A DNA stretch of 63,095 nucleotides from positions 1 to 63,095 of the forward strand of contig NW_021831872.1 in the NCBI RefSeq assembly GCF_006345805.1. Direction: 5' to 3'. The stretch comes from Octopus sinensis. Lineage: Eukaryota. Position numbers and translations under genes: made by a program. The notes below the pieces were generated by a model, which saw nothing but the letters and a program-made list of their open reading frames with translations, was not told the DNA's origin and did no database searches. Below, in pieces: positions 11,346 to 22,772 of this stretch. Each line of letters opens with the position of its first letter. Position 1 is the stretch's first letter.

Positions 11346-12230
11346 CAGTTCCGCAAACATAGGATGAATTTGATCAGATAAAATGCTTAAATAGTCTTGA
11401 CTATTAATTCTGCCATGAAGGGAAAACATTAGACCAGCGCATTTCCCAGATATAGCCCCCCCCCCCCGATCATCAAAGATCCTCCTCCATGTTTAACAGT
11501 TGGAAGAAGGCAGTCTGGGTCAAATGCTTCTTTTGGCTGTCTCCACACGTATACTCAGCCGCTGGTCGAAAATAAGGTAAAGGATAACTCGTCCAAGGAA
11601 ATAATATTCTTTCACTTCTCTAGGGACCAATTCTGTATGTTTTTACTGCACTCTGAACGCTTTGCAACGTTTGGTTTTGAAAGTAGTGGTTGTTTGATAG
11701 CAGCCCTCCCGTGAAATCCGGCCTTGTGCAGCTCCCGGCCAACAGTGTTTGAAGAAAGTGGGTTCCCAAGGTGGTCATTGAGCTCTGCAGTAGTTTTGGG
11801 AGATGTACTTTTGTGATTCTTTCTAACAATTCGCGTAAGAGTCCGACGGTCCCTATCTGACAGTTTTGGTTTTCTTCTGGAGTTTTCTTTTGACAAGGAA
11901 GTTTTCTTCTCTTTCTCAAAGGCTGTTATTACTTTCAAGACAGTACTTCATGATACGCCAAACATTTCGGCTGTTTTCGTTACGCTAGCGCCTGCCATAC
12001 GAGCACCAAGAATTTGACCTCTTTCAAAGTCCGATAGATCTCTCATTTTAATGAATTTTAATTACCTTTTTCTGATATCTGAAAAGAAACAGCAATTTTA
12101 GACAAACATATTAAGCAACACTAATAATAAATTAAAACAATAAAAATAAACAGATTTTGACGATTTTAGAGATACTTCAAAATTATGATGCTATGATGCT
12201 AAGTATTTCCATTATTTTGTCCAACACCTA
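11345..12230 (-). mobile_element. Tc1-family transposon, decayed; 5' TIR, N-terminal HTH and part of the DDE domain
   Basis: MRDLSDFERGQILGARMAGASV.., RRKPKLSDRDRRTLTRIVRKNH..TVGRELHKAGFHGRAA, VWRQPKEAFDPDCLLPTVKHGGGS, LHGRINSQDYLSILSDQIHP; TIR-like ..ttttgtccaacacc-ta at the right end. Confidence 0.9.
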
Positions 12231-12250
12231 TATATATATATATATATATA

Positions 12251-12510
12251 TGGTCGAGCAAAATTTTGATCAGTTTTCTAAGCGAAAATAAGAGACAAAG
12301 TGATTTATTCAAACAATGACATAATCACCGTTTCGTTCCGGTATCTTCTTCCACCTTGTGGGCAGATCCATTATTCCATGCTCAAAGAATTTCCTGTCTT
12401 TACTAGTGAAAATTTCTTCGAGGCGAATTTATACGTCCTCTTCAGGGTTGAAGGTCTGTCCATTCAATGAATTTTGAATAGACCGAAATCCGAAGGTGTA
12501 AGATCAGCTG
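12251..12510 (-). mobile_element. Mariner transposase C-terminal relic
   Basis: DLTPSDFGLF..GQTFNPEEDV..EEIFTSKDRKFFEHGIMDLPTRWKKIPERNGDYV*. Confidence 0.8.
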
Positions 12511-13444
12511 AATATGGATGTATATGAGTGTATACGACACGAAAATTTTATGGAAACTACAGATATTTTCAAACTCACATAAAAATAAATTTACGTAATA
12601 CGCTATGTGTTATGTAATTTTCTTCCTTCATGGCGACTACAATGAATATAAGCCAACTATCTTCAGACTTCGATATTTGGATATAACCCCATAAATTTAT
12701 TCAAGAATGCTAGAAATTCTATCTTATAAAGATTAAACTGTTTGAGATACTCTCTGGCATGACATAGTTTACATAACAAGCATTTGTTATTTCACAAGGC
12801 TTCATTATGAATATACATACGCACATACATACATTCGTACATATATGTGTGTGTGCGTGTGTGTATGTGTGCCTGTTTCTGTGTGTGTGTCTTTGTGTGT
12901 GTGTGTGTGTCTTTGTGTGTGTGAGTGTACGTGTGTGTATGTGCGTGTGTGTATATATAGTATGGAGAAAGATAGATATATAGACTTCACTATTCACTAT
13001 GAATATATATATATATATATATATATACATACATACATACATGCATTATATATATATGTATATATACATACATATATACATAAATGCACATATACATACA
13101 TAAATATATTTATATAAATATATATATATACACATATATACATAAATATATTACATATATATAATTAATTAATAAGGGTGAGAGAATTAGATACTAATTT
13201 AATAGATATTTATTCAACACCAAGTGGCCTAGTTGCTACGAGAAACCTGGATTATTATAATATTTTATACATATTACAATACTTTTACAAAACAAATATA
13301 AGAGAGTGGTCAATATATTGCTCACTCTAGCACCAGTTAATCCAAAAGGTTTCAACCACGAAGATACATGTTTCCCATGAAAGCCAGTACGACTGTTAGC
13401 TCACACGGACAGGCAAGTAAAAAATAACAAAAATACAGATTATT

Positions 13445-13522
13445 TTGGGACAATTGTTTCGCTATTAATGAATTAAATGTAATATTACTTACAAAAAAAT
13501 CCATTTGTAGCTCGTCAGCCAA
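13445..13522 (-). ncRNA. Type I hammerhead ribozyme, copy 1
   Basis: UUGG-CUGACGA-GCUA...UAGC-GAAAC-AAUU-GUC-CCAA on the minus strand. Confidence 0.85.
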
Positions 13523-13980
13523 GACTATCTGGATGAAATCCACTCAATCACACGCCAGATTGTACCATAACGATAAATACGCGTGTGGTTCAATTGATTA
13601 CATCCGACGTTATAATTCAAATGCCCCAACCAACAGCGCGCCAAACTTTCACGGAAAACAAATACAGCATTTAGAAATAAATGCAGCATAATTATAATAA
13701 TTAATAAGGGTGAGAGAGAATTAGATACTAATTTAATAGTATATTTATTCAACACCAAGTGGCCTAGTGCTACGAGAAACCTGGATTATTATAATATTTT
13801 ATAACATATTACAATACTTTTACAAAACAAATATAAGAGAGTGGTCAATATATTGCTCACTCTAGCACCAGTTAATCCAAAAGGTTTCAACCACGAAGAT
13901 ACATGTTTCCCATGAAAGCCAGTACGACTGTTAGCTCACACGGACAGGGCAAGTAAAAAATAACAAAAATACAGATTATT

Positions 13981-14058
13981 TTGGGACAATTGTTTCGCTA
14001 TTAATGAATTAAATGTAATATTACTTACAAAAAAATCCATTTGTAGCTCGTCAGCCAA
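13981..14058 (-). ncRNA. Type I hammerhead ribozyme, copy 2
   Basis: Identical motif, 536 bp from copy 1. Confidence 0.85.
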
Positions 14059-14114
14059 GACTATCTGGATGAAATCCACTCAATCACACGCCAGTGGATT
14101 TCATCCAGATAGTC

Positions 14115-14192
14115 TTGGCTGACGAGCTACAAATGGATTTTTTTGTAAGTAATATTACATTTAATTCATTAATAGCGAAACAATTGTCCCAA
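14115..14192 (+). ncRNA. Type I hammerhead ribozyme, copy 3
   Basis: TTGG 14115-18, CTGACGA 14119-25, stem II GCTA/TAGC, GAAA 14177-80, CAATTG, GTC 14186-88 (cut after 14188), CCAA 14189-92. Confidence 0.85.
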
Positions 14193-14646
14193 AATAATCT
14201 GTATTTTTGTTATTTTTTACTTGCCCTGTCCGTGTGAGCTAACAGTCGTACTGGCTTTCATGGGAAACATGTATCTTCGTGGTTGAAACCTTTTGGATTA
14301 ACTGGTGCTAGAGTGAGCAATATATTGACCACTCTCTTATATTTGTTTTGTAAAAGTATTGTAATATGTTATAAAATATTATAATAATCCAGGTTTTTCG
14401 TAGCACTAGGCCACTTGGTGTTGAATAAATATACTATTAAATTAGTATCTAATTCTCTCACCCTTATAATTAATTATAATTATGCTGCATTTATTTCTAA
14501 ATGCTGTATTTGTTTTCCGTGAAAGTTTGGCGCGCTGTTGGTTGGGGCATTGATTATAACGTCGGATGTAATCAATTGAACCACACGCGTATTTATCGTT
14601 ATGGTACAATCTGGCGTGTGATTGAGTGGATTTCATCCAGATAGTC

Positions 14647-14724
14647 TTGGCTGACGAGCTACAAATGGATTTTTTTGTAAGTAATATTACATTTAATTCA
14701 TTAATAGCGAAACAATTGTCCCAA
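14647..14724 (+). ncRNA. Type I hammerhead ribozyme, copy 4
   Basis: Identical motif; predicted cut after 14720. Confidence 0.85.
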
Positions 14725-15172
14725 AATAATCTGTATTTTTGTTATTTTTTACTTGCCCTGTCCGTGTGAGCTAACAGTCGTACTGGCTTTATGGGAAATT
14801 GTATCTTCGTGGTTGAAACCTTTTGGATTAACTGGTGCTAGAGTGAGCAATATATTGACCACTCTTTATATTTGTTTTGTAAAAGTATTGTAATATGTTA
14901 TAAAATATTATAATAATCCAGGTTTCTCGTAGCACTAGGCCACTTGGTGTTGAATAAATATACTATTATTAGTATCTAATTCTCTCACCTTATTAATTAA
15001 TTATAATTATGCTGCATTTATTTCTAAATGCTGTATTTGTTTTCCGTGAAAGTTTGGCGCGCTGTTGGTTGGGGCATTTGAATTATAACGTCGGATGTAA
15101 TCAATGAACCACATGCGCGTATTTATCGTTATGGTACAAGTGCGTGTGATTGAGTGATTCATCCAGATAGTC

Positions 15173-15250
15173 TTGGCTGACGAGCTACAAATGGATTTTT
15201 TTGTAAGTAATATTACATTTAATTCATTAATAGCGAAACAATTGTCCAAA
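15173..15250 (+). ncRNA. Type I hammerhead ribozyme, copy 5 (one C missing in stem I)
   Basis: Core intact; reads GTC-CAAA instead of GTC-CCAA, which may be a sequencing indel. Confidence 0.7.
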
Positions 15251-15436
15251 TAATCTGTTTTGTATATTTTTACTTGCCTGTGTGTAGTACCTGTGATAAC
15301 AGTCGTACTGGCTTTCATGGGAAACATGTATCTTCGGGTTGAAACCTTTTGGATTAACTGGTGCTAGAGTGAGCAATATATTGACCACTCTCTTATATTG
15401 TTTTATACATATATATATATACATATATATATACAT

Positions 15437-15471
<35 letters not shown>

Positions 15472-15474
15472 GCG

Positions 15475-15557
<83 letters not shown>

Positions 15558-15919
15558 GGTAAGTAGGTAGCGGTTAATGAAGTAATGAATGAAGTATGCA
15601 AAGTTTTCTCAATGAAACAGCGTTTGCGTCCTTCGTGCAGCGTATTGTTTTATCTCTTCATTCTACTATTGCTGGCAACGGTGCTTCTTGGCAACGCTAA
15701 GTGTAACTGAGGATGAAGAATTATGGCACTGGGTGTGCTTCATCTGCCAAAATACTTTGCATCCACCTGTTTGATAAAATCGAATTAAAGCTTTCTGAAG
15801 AATAGCAACACATCGATTTTGTTGGAGTTTGGACCATCCTGCACACGAGTTCATTATCTCGGAAGCCAGCAGTTTCGACCCTATTTTCAGACGGCAATAA
15901 TAATGTATGAACAAATTAT

Positions 15920-16327
15920 GCGTAGGAGTGGCTGTGTGGTAAGTAGCTTGCTCATCACCCACATGGTTCTGGGTTCAGTCCCACTGCCTGGCACCTTGGG
16001 CAAGTGTCTTCTACTATAGCATCGGGCCGACCAAAACCTTGTGAGCGAATTTGGTAGACGGAAACTGAAAGAAGCTCGTCGTATATATATATATATATAT
16101 GTGGGTGTGTGTGTGTGTGTATGTGTGTGTCTGTGTCCCCCCCCACATCGCTTGAAAACCGATGCTGGTGTGTTTACGTCCCCGTAACTTAGCGGTTCAG
16201 CAAAAGAGTCCGATAGTATAAGTACAAGGCTTACAAAAAGAAGTCCTGGGGTCGATTTGCTCGACTAAAGGCTGTGCTCCAGCATGGCCACAGTCAAATG
16301 ACTGAAACAAGTAAAAGAGGAAAAGAG
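15920..16327 (+). mobile_element. Full-length family A SINE
   Basis: Head, internal microsatellite and tail all present. Confidence 0.9.
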
Positions 16328-16621
16328 TAACTTGCAGTATCTGGAGTGGAGATTACGTCTATCCATCCACATTAGTATATATATATCTATATCTATTTAT
16401 CTCTCAATGTGTGTGTATTGGGGGTGGGGAGTATAAATTTATATAATTTTATGATAAAAAACCACAAATTTTGCTGGTCGAAATAATAATTTATTCTGAA
16501 AACAAGACCGTTTCTTAGTTGCCTTTTGAGCAGATAACGTTTAAACAAGAGATGCTGGTAAAGAATGCTAGAAGAAAAACACATGGAAGATGAACAACGT
16601 TACAATTATTCGATGTCAAAA

Positions 16622-17281
16622 GGCGGCGAGCTGGCAGAAATGATAGCACGCCGGGCGAAATGCGTAGCCGTATTTCGTCTACCGCTACGTTCTGAGTTCA
16701 AATTCCGCCTAGGTCAACTTTGCCTTTCACCCTTTCGGGGTCGATTAAATAAGTACCAGTTACGCACTGGGGACGATATAATCGACTTAAACCGTTTGTC
16801 TGTCCTTGTTTGTCCTCTTTGTGCTTAGCCCCTTGTGGGTAGTAAAGAAATAGGTATTTCGCCTGTTTTTACGTTCTGACTTCAAATTCCGCCGAGGTCG
16901 ACTTTGCTTTTCATCCTTTTGGGATCGATTAAATAAGTACCAGTTAAGCACTGGGGTCGATATAATCGACTTAATCCGTTTGTCTGTCCTTGTTTGTCGC
17001 CTCTCTGTGTCGCCTCTTGTGGGCAGTAGAGAAATAGGTATTTCGTCTGCCACTACGTTCTGAGTTCAAATTCCGCCGAGGTCGACTTTGCCTTTCATCC
17101 TTTCGGGGTTGATAAATTAAGTACCAGTTGCGCACTGGGATCGATGTAATCGACTTAATCCGTTTGTCTGTCCTTGTTTTCACCTCTGTGTGGCCCCTTG
17201 TGGGCAGTAAAGAAATAAGAAACTTTAGTATGCTGGGTGATATGCTTAGCGATATTTCGTCTGTCTTTACGTTCTGAGTTT
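16622..17281 (+). mobile_element. Head-to-tail cluster of family B tRNA-derived SINEs (one full, two 5'-truncated, one stub)
   Basis: ggcggcgagctggcagaa..gagttcaaattccgccgaggtcgactttgcctttcatcctttcggggtcga..gcactggggtcgat..ccccttgtggg(c/t)agtaaagaaata, repeated with a period of about 185 bp. Confidence 0.9.
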
Positions 17282-17779
17282 GCGTACATATTTCTTCCAT
17301 AGTTAGGTTTTGTCATAATTTCATATATTTTTCTCAGTTACGCTGTGTTGGATATAACATAGATAATGTTTAAATAATAACGAACTACCAAAAGCACAAA
17401 TATACTAATTATACTATACATGCGGTAATGGCCTAATTTATGTCTAATTTAGATAGCGCCAGATCTCTGCTAATGACTCGGGAAGGATCTTGTAGGGGGA
17501 TCTTCTCGCTTCATTTTTTCGCACATCAGTAACATAAAGATAATGTGTGGCGTTCTAATGTTGACATCAATTTCAGTTTCCAGGCTGTGTTGTGATTGAT
17601 ATTTGTGTGTGCGTGTGTATGTGTGTGTGTGTGTGTGTGCGCGCGCGCGCGCGTGAGTATGCATGTACGCTTGTATGCATAAATGCATATAACTAAACTA
17701 GACCTTTAAGAGTCACTTATGAAATAAATATATGTATGTGTGTGTATGTGTATATAGATATACATCTCTCTCCCCCTCT

Positions 17780-17830
<51 letters not shown>

Positions 17831-17842
17831 ATGTGTACACGA

Positions 17843-18050
17843 CCCTTCTGTCCGAGTCAGACGACATGATAGATCGTTAGCCACATAAACACAATTTTTC
17901 TCTCCTTGTTTTCTGTGTTCCTTTCTGTGGAAGAGCGTAGGCTCGAAACATAAAAGACTTTTTCTATTCTTGAGCGTTATACTAATACATCTGTTTCTTT
18001 TCTACACCACCTGTCTTCGTCTTTTGTTTTTTTTTCGTAAACTCTCCCCA
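17843..18050 (+). mobile_element. Family E terminal-repeat-like element with a hammerhead-like motif (17921-17956)
   Basis: Homologous to 20930-21125(-), 37585-37803 and 62350-62575. Motif CTTT-CTGTGGAA-GAGC-GTAG-GCTC-GAAAC-ATA-AAAG. Confidence 0.7.
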
Positions 18051-19613
18051 TGCTTGTAGCTATGTATATATGTAGGAATATACCATTAGACTTCCTTCTT
18101 CCGAATACGAAACTGATTAGAAATTGTAATTATACCCTTTTAAGCACCTGCCACTTACTCCCACCCTTCTACTGTGACCACTCGATATCCCATTTCAATA
18201 TTAACTACTTCTCCCGACCACTATCCACATCTCTACCCTAATTCAAATCCTGACCAAAGCAGTTTAATCCTTCTCATGGTGATTAATCGCAACCCACCCT
18301 TTCAAAGCAGCGAAAGAAACTTTAACCCTATTCATGGTTTTTATCTTTCAGTTTAAATAAGCCCTCATCAGTAAAATTGTTCTCAACAGTTTAACATTGC
18401 ACATTCTTTATTCAACCATTGTTTGCCTGTTTTTATGTATTTTGAAACATCTAACATTTAACTGTGTATGATGAGAAAAGCGAAACACGATACAAACGCA
18501 CTCAAAAACTTGAATCCTTTCATCAGTTGTCGACCAACCAATCATCACAATTTTGACACACGTTGTGCGCGTATGTGTGGGTGTGTACATATGTGTATGT
18601 TTATGTATGTCTTTATGTCTGCATATGTGCATCTGGGAATCTATCTCTGGAAGTGTATATGTATACATGTGCGTGTCAGTGTTTTTGTGCATGTGCTTAT
18701 GTGTGAGTGTGTGTGTGTGTTTGTGTGTACATATATGCGCGTGTGTGTGCGCGTGGGCATGTAATTCAATGCCTTGTTGAATTGGCAGAGATCTTTGGTT
18801 ACTTCTTTTGGTTCATTTATTTTTGTATTAAATCCGCTTTCTTTCACTGTTTATTTTCTTTTTTCTTTCTTTCTTCAGAATTTATTCACTCTGGGTATGA
18901 AGACACAACGAATAATTGTTGCTCAAACTCATTTAAAGTTTATCAAAAACATCGGTTAGAATAAATTATTCTAATTAGGTTTACAAAATTTCTTGACAAA
19001 GATGTAATTATGAATTATAGCTAACAATTAGTTCAAGTATGTGGTTTGGTATTACTCGAGTGTTTGGTTCCATACATTGCTTGGAATTATGTAACATTAG
19101 AATAAACGAAGCGACTCTTGCAGATTGTGAAACCAACCACTGCATTTCCATGAATTTCCACAGCAACATGAAATTACGAAAGTTATATCAACCTTGTTTA
19201 CGGAGTTAGTGAAGCTTGCTGCACATGTAACGTACACTCCTGCAAAGCAGGCTACTTCACAGTCGATCCAACAGATTCAAACAGACAGATATATGCACCT
19301 ACACAAACACACATACACACTACTACTCACAGATATATACGTGCAGAGACTCATAACTCACCTACGCATATACGAATACGCAGACACGAGCTAAAAGTGT
19401 GCCTGTCTATGTATTTGTGTATTTATATGCATCTATATGCATGTGTAAAAGGCAACAAGCTGCTACAAGGCTAGAAAAGCTAAGACCCAACAACATGTGT
19501 GTTCATAATATATATATGTATACTGCATATATACATATACATATATATATATACATATATGTCTATACATACATACATACATACATACATACATACATAC
19601 ATACATACATACA

Positions 19614-19646
<33 letters not shown>

Positions 19647-19775
19647 TTATATCTAAAGTAGTTGTATACTGTCACATTAAGTTAACAGTATCTCACTACT
19701 TTATCGTACCACTACTGCATAAATATCTCTGAGATATTTAGAAATGTATTATTTCTTATATATAAATGTGTATAC

Positions 19776-19859
<84 letters not shown>

Positions 19860-20026
19860 TTATATATGTATGTATGTTTGCATTTATATGTGTATTTATA
19901 TATATGTACGCATAGATATATACACACACATATATACATACGTATATATATAAACACTATTATATATATATATTATATATATAATATATATATATATAAT
20001 ATATAAACACTATTATATATATATAT

Positions 20027-20432
20027 ACTCTTTTTACTCTTTTACTTGTTTCAGTCATTTGACTGCGGCCATGCTGGAGCACCGCCTTTTAATCGAGCAA
20101 CTCGACCCCGGGATTTATTCTTTGTAAGCCCAGTACTTATTCTATCGGTGTCTTTTGCCGAACCGCTAAGTAACGGGGACATAAACACACCAGCATCGGT
20201 TGTCAAACAATGCTAGGGTGACAAACACAGACACACAAACACACACAAGCATATATATATATACATATATACGACGGGCTTCTTTCAGTTTCCGTCTACC
20301 AAATCCACTCACAAGGCATTGGTCGGCCCGGGGCTATAGCAGAAGACAGTTGCCCAAGATGCCACGAAGTGGGACTGAACCCGGAACCATGTGGTTGGTA
20401 AGCAAGCTACTTACCACACAGCCACTCCTGCG

Positions 20433-20436
<4 letters not shown>
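20027..20436 (-). mobile_element. Full-length family A SINE
   Basis: Near-consensus head (taggcgcaggagtggctgtgtggtaag) and tail. Confidence 0.9.
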
Positions 20437-20474
<38 letters not shown>

Positions 20475-20929
20475 ATATATACACATACATACACACATAC
20501 ATAAACATGCATACGTGCAGAGATAGATGTGCATTCATATATGAATACATACATATATATCTATACAGACGTGCGAACAAAGTTTAAATGCAAAAGGACT
20601 AGTATTCGATATCTCAAAAAGTAGGGTACGGTATATTTTTGATAGGGTACTTGTGTATAAATAACCTATTGAGAAATATATGCATTAGTTTATTCTTTTT
20701 TCTTTTATGTGTTTCAGTCATTTGACTGCGGCCATGCTGAAGCACCGCTTTTAGTCGAGCAATTTGACTCTAGGATTTATTCTTTGTAAGCCTAGTACTT
20801 ATTCTATCGGTAAATTTTGCCGAACCGCTAAGTTACGGAGTAAACACACCAGCATCGGTTGTCAAGCGACGGTGGTGGGACAAGCACAGACACACAAACA
20901 CACATACACACATATACACATTCATATAT

Positions 20930-21125
20930 ATAACGGGAAGGTTTACGAAAATTAACAAAAGACGAATGCAGGTGGAGTACAAACGAACAAATGTATTAGT
21001 ATAGCGCTCAGGAATAGAAATAGAAAAAGTCTTTTACGTTTCGAGCCTACGCTCTTCGACAGAAAGATACACAGAAAAAAACAAGGAGAGAAAAAATGCG
21101 TGTAGGAGCTAACGATCTATCATAT
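20930..21125 (-). mobile_element. Family E element, hammerhead-like motif at 21031-21066
   Basis: Reverse complement reads CTTT-CTGTCGAA-GAGC-GTAG-GCTC-GAAAC-GTA-AAAG. Confidence 0.75.
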
Positions 21126-21544
21126 GTATACATATGAATATTAATGTATGTATGTGCAGGTTGTATGTGCATATGCATACATATATTTATACAAACATGC
21201 ATACATACATATTTCTAGAGAGAGAGAGAGGTGGGGAAGAAAGAGCGATACATTCATATGTGCACAGTAATACTTGCATACACGGCTCTGGCGACCTTCT
21301 TTATCGTTCATAAGGTAGATAACGAGATACTGAAGAACACAGAAGCAATTAAGAAAAATATAATAAGTAAAATATAAATATTGACATAGGGAGAAAGGTG
21401 GTGGTGGTGGGGGATGGGTGAGACGATTTTACTCTTCATAGTTTGACATCATACTGATTTTATCGCATACTCATTAGTTGATGTTAAACCGGAAATACAC
21501 ACTCCCGCCATTCTTCTTCACGTACTCTTTTAGCTTTCACTGTA

Positions 21545-22150
21545 CGCTGTTGTTGATGTCGTTGTTCGTACGTTTGTCTGGTTGTTGTTGTTGTTTTTGT
21601 TGCTGTTGTTGTTGTTATTTGTTGTTGTCGTTGCTGTTGTTGTTCTTCTTCTTGCTGTTGTTGTTGTTGTCTTCGTCGTCGTCGTCGTTGTTGTTGTGTT
21701 TGTTGCTGTTGTTGTTATTTGTTGTTGTTGCTGTTGTTGTTCTTCTTCTTGCTGTTGTTGTTGTTGTATTCGTCGTCGTCGTCGTTCGTTGTTGTTGTTG
21801 TTGTTGTTGTTGTTGCTGTTGTTGTTGCTATTTCTTGTTGTCGTTGCTGTTGTTGTTCTTCTTCTTGCTGTTGTTGTTGTTGTCTTCGTCGTCGTCGTCG
21901 TTGTTGTTGTTGTTGTTGTTGTTATTTGTTGTTGTCGTTGTTGTCGTTGTTGTTGTTATTCTTCTTGCTGTTGTTGTTGTTGTCTTCGTCGTCGTCGTCG
22001 TCGTCGTTGTTGTTGTTGTTGTTGTTGTTGTTGTTGCTGTTGTTGTTATTTGTTGTTGTCGTTGCTGTTGTTGTTGTTCTTCTTCTTGCTGTTGTTGTTG
22101 TTGTCTTCGTCGTCGTCTTTGTTGTTGTTGTTGTTGTTGTTGTTGTTCAT
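21545..22150. repeat. (GTT/GTC/CTT)n compound microsatellite with higher-order ~100-130 bp repeats
   Basis: The block ttatttgttgttgtcgttgctgttgttgttcttcttcttgctg..gtcttcgtcgtc recurs about 5 times. Confidence 0.9.
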
Positions 22151-22541
22151 GATGCAGATGATAAGCAGTTCCGATTCAGATCTAAAAATCAGCCAGGAGC
22201 ACAGCAACATCATTTTCAGAGATAGTGTATCTAGGTTACATTACCCAATCTGTCCATTTTCTTTGTTGCCTTCATTTTTATTGTTTCCTTTTTGTTTTTG
22301 TTTAACCTAAGACCACTTCTGATCCATAGACATGCCCATATATCAACAATATTCCCGCATTCTTATGCCATTGTATATCAAGGACTATATTATATAATGT
22401 ATCTTTTGTTTTACAAGACCGTAAGGTATATATAAAGGAAATATAGCTGTTATTTTTACCAGGGTGACTAACTACGTAAAGACTATATAATTGTTGGGCC
22501 TGCTAGAGGGGGCCTTTGAAGAAGACTTGACTGATGTTTCT

Positions 22542-22772
22542 TATTTCTTTATTGCCCACAAGGGGCTAAACATAGAGGGGACAAACAAGGACTGACAAAG
22601 GGATTAAGTCGATTACATAGACTCCAGTGCGTAAGTGGTACTTAATTTGTCGACCCCGAAAGGATGAAAGGCAAAGTCGACCTCGGTGGAATTTGAACTC
22701 AGAACGTAACGGCAGACGAAATACCACTAAGCATTTCGCTCGGCGTGCTAACGTTTCTGCCAGCTCGCCACC
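22542..22772 (-). mobile_element. Family B SINE with a 15-bp TSD
   Basis: cttgactgatgtttc at 22526-22540 and 22776-22790. Confidence 0.9.

Larger units (their letters stand above)
13161..15404. repeat. Tandem plus inverted array of a ~530-bp hammerhead-bearing unit (retrozyme/Penelope pLTR-like)
   Basis: Left block 13161-14092 (about 1.7 units) and right block 14093-15404 (about 2.5 units) in the opposite orientation. Hammerhead-to-hammerhead periods are 536, 532 and 526 bp. Flanked by (TA)n; no RT ORF. Confidence 0.95.

Noticed and set aside
13161-15404. CRISPR-like or protein-coding interpretation of the array
   Set aside because: The units are ~530 bp with no variable spacers, and the short ORFs show no recognisable domain.
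15595-15900. Signal-peptide-like stretch VLFYLFILLLLATVLLGNA
   Set aside because: It stops three codons later with no good donor; probably chance.
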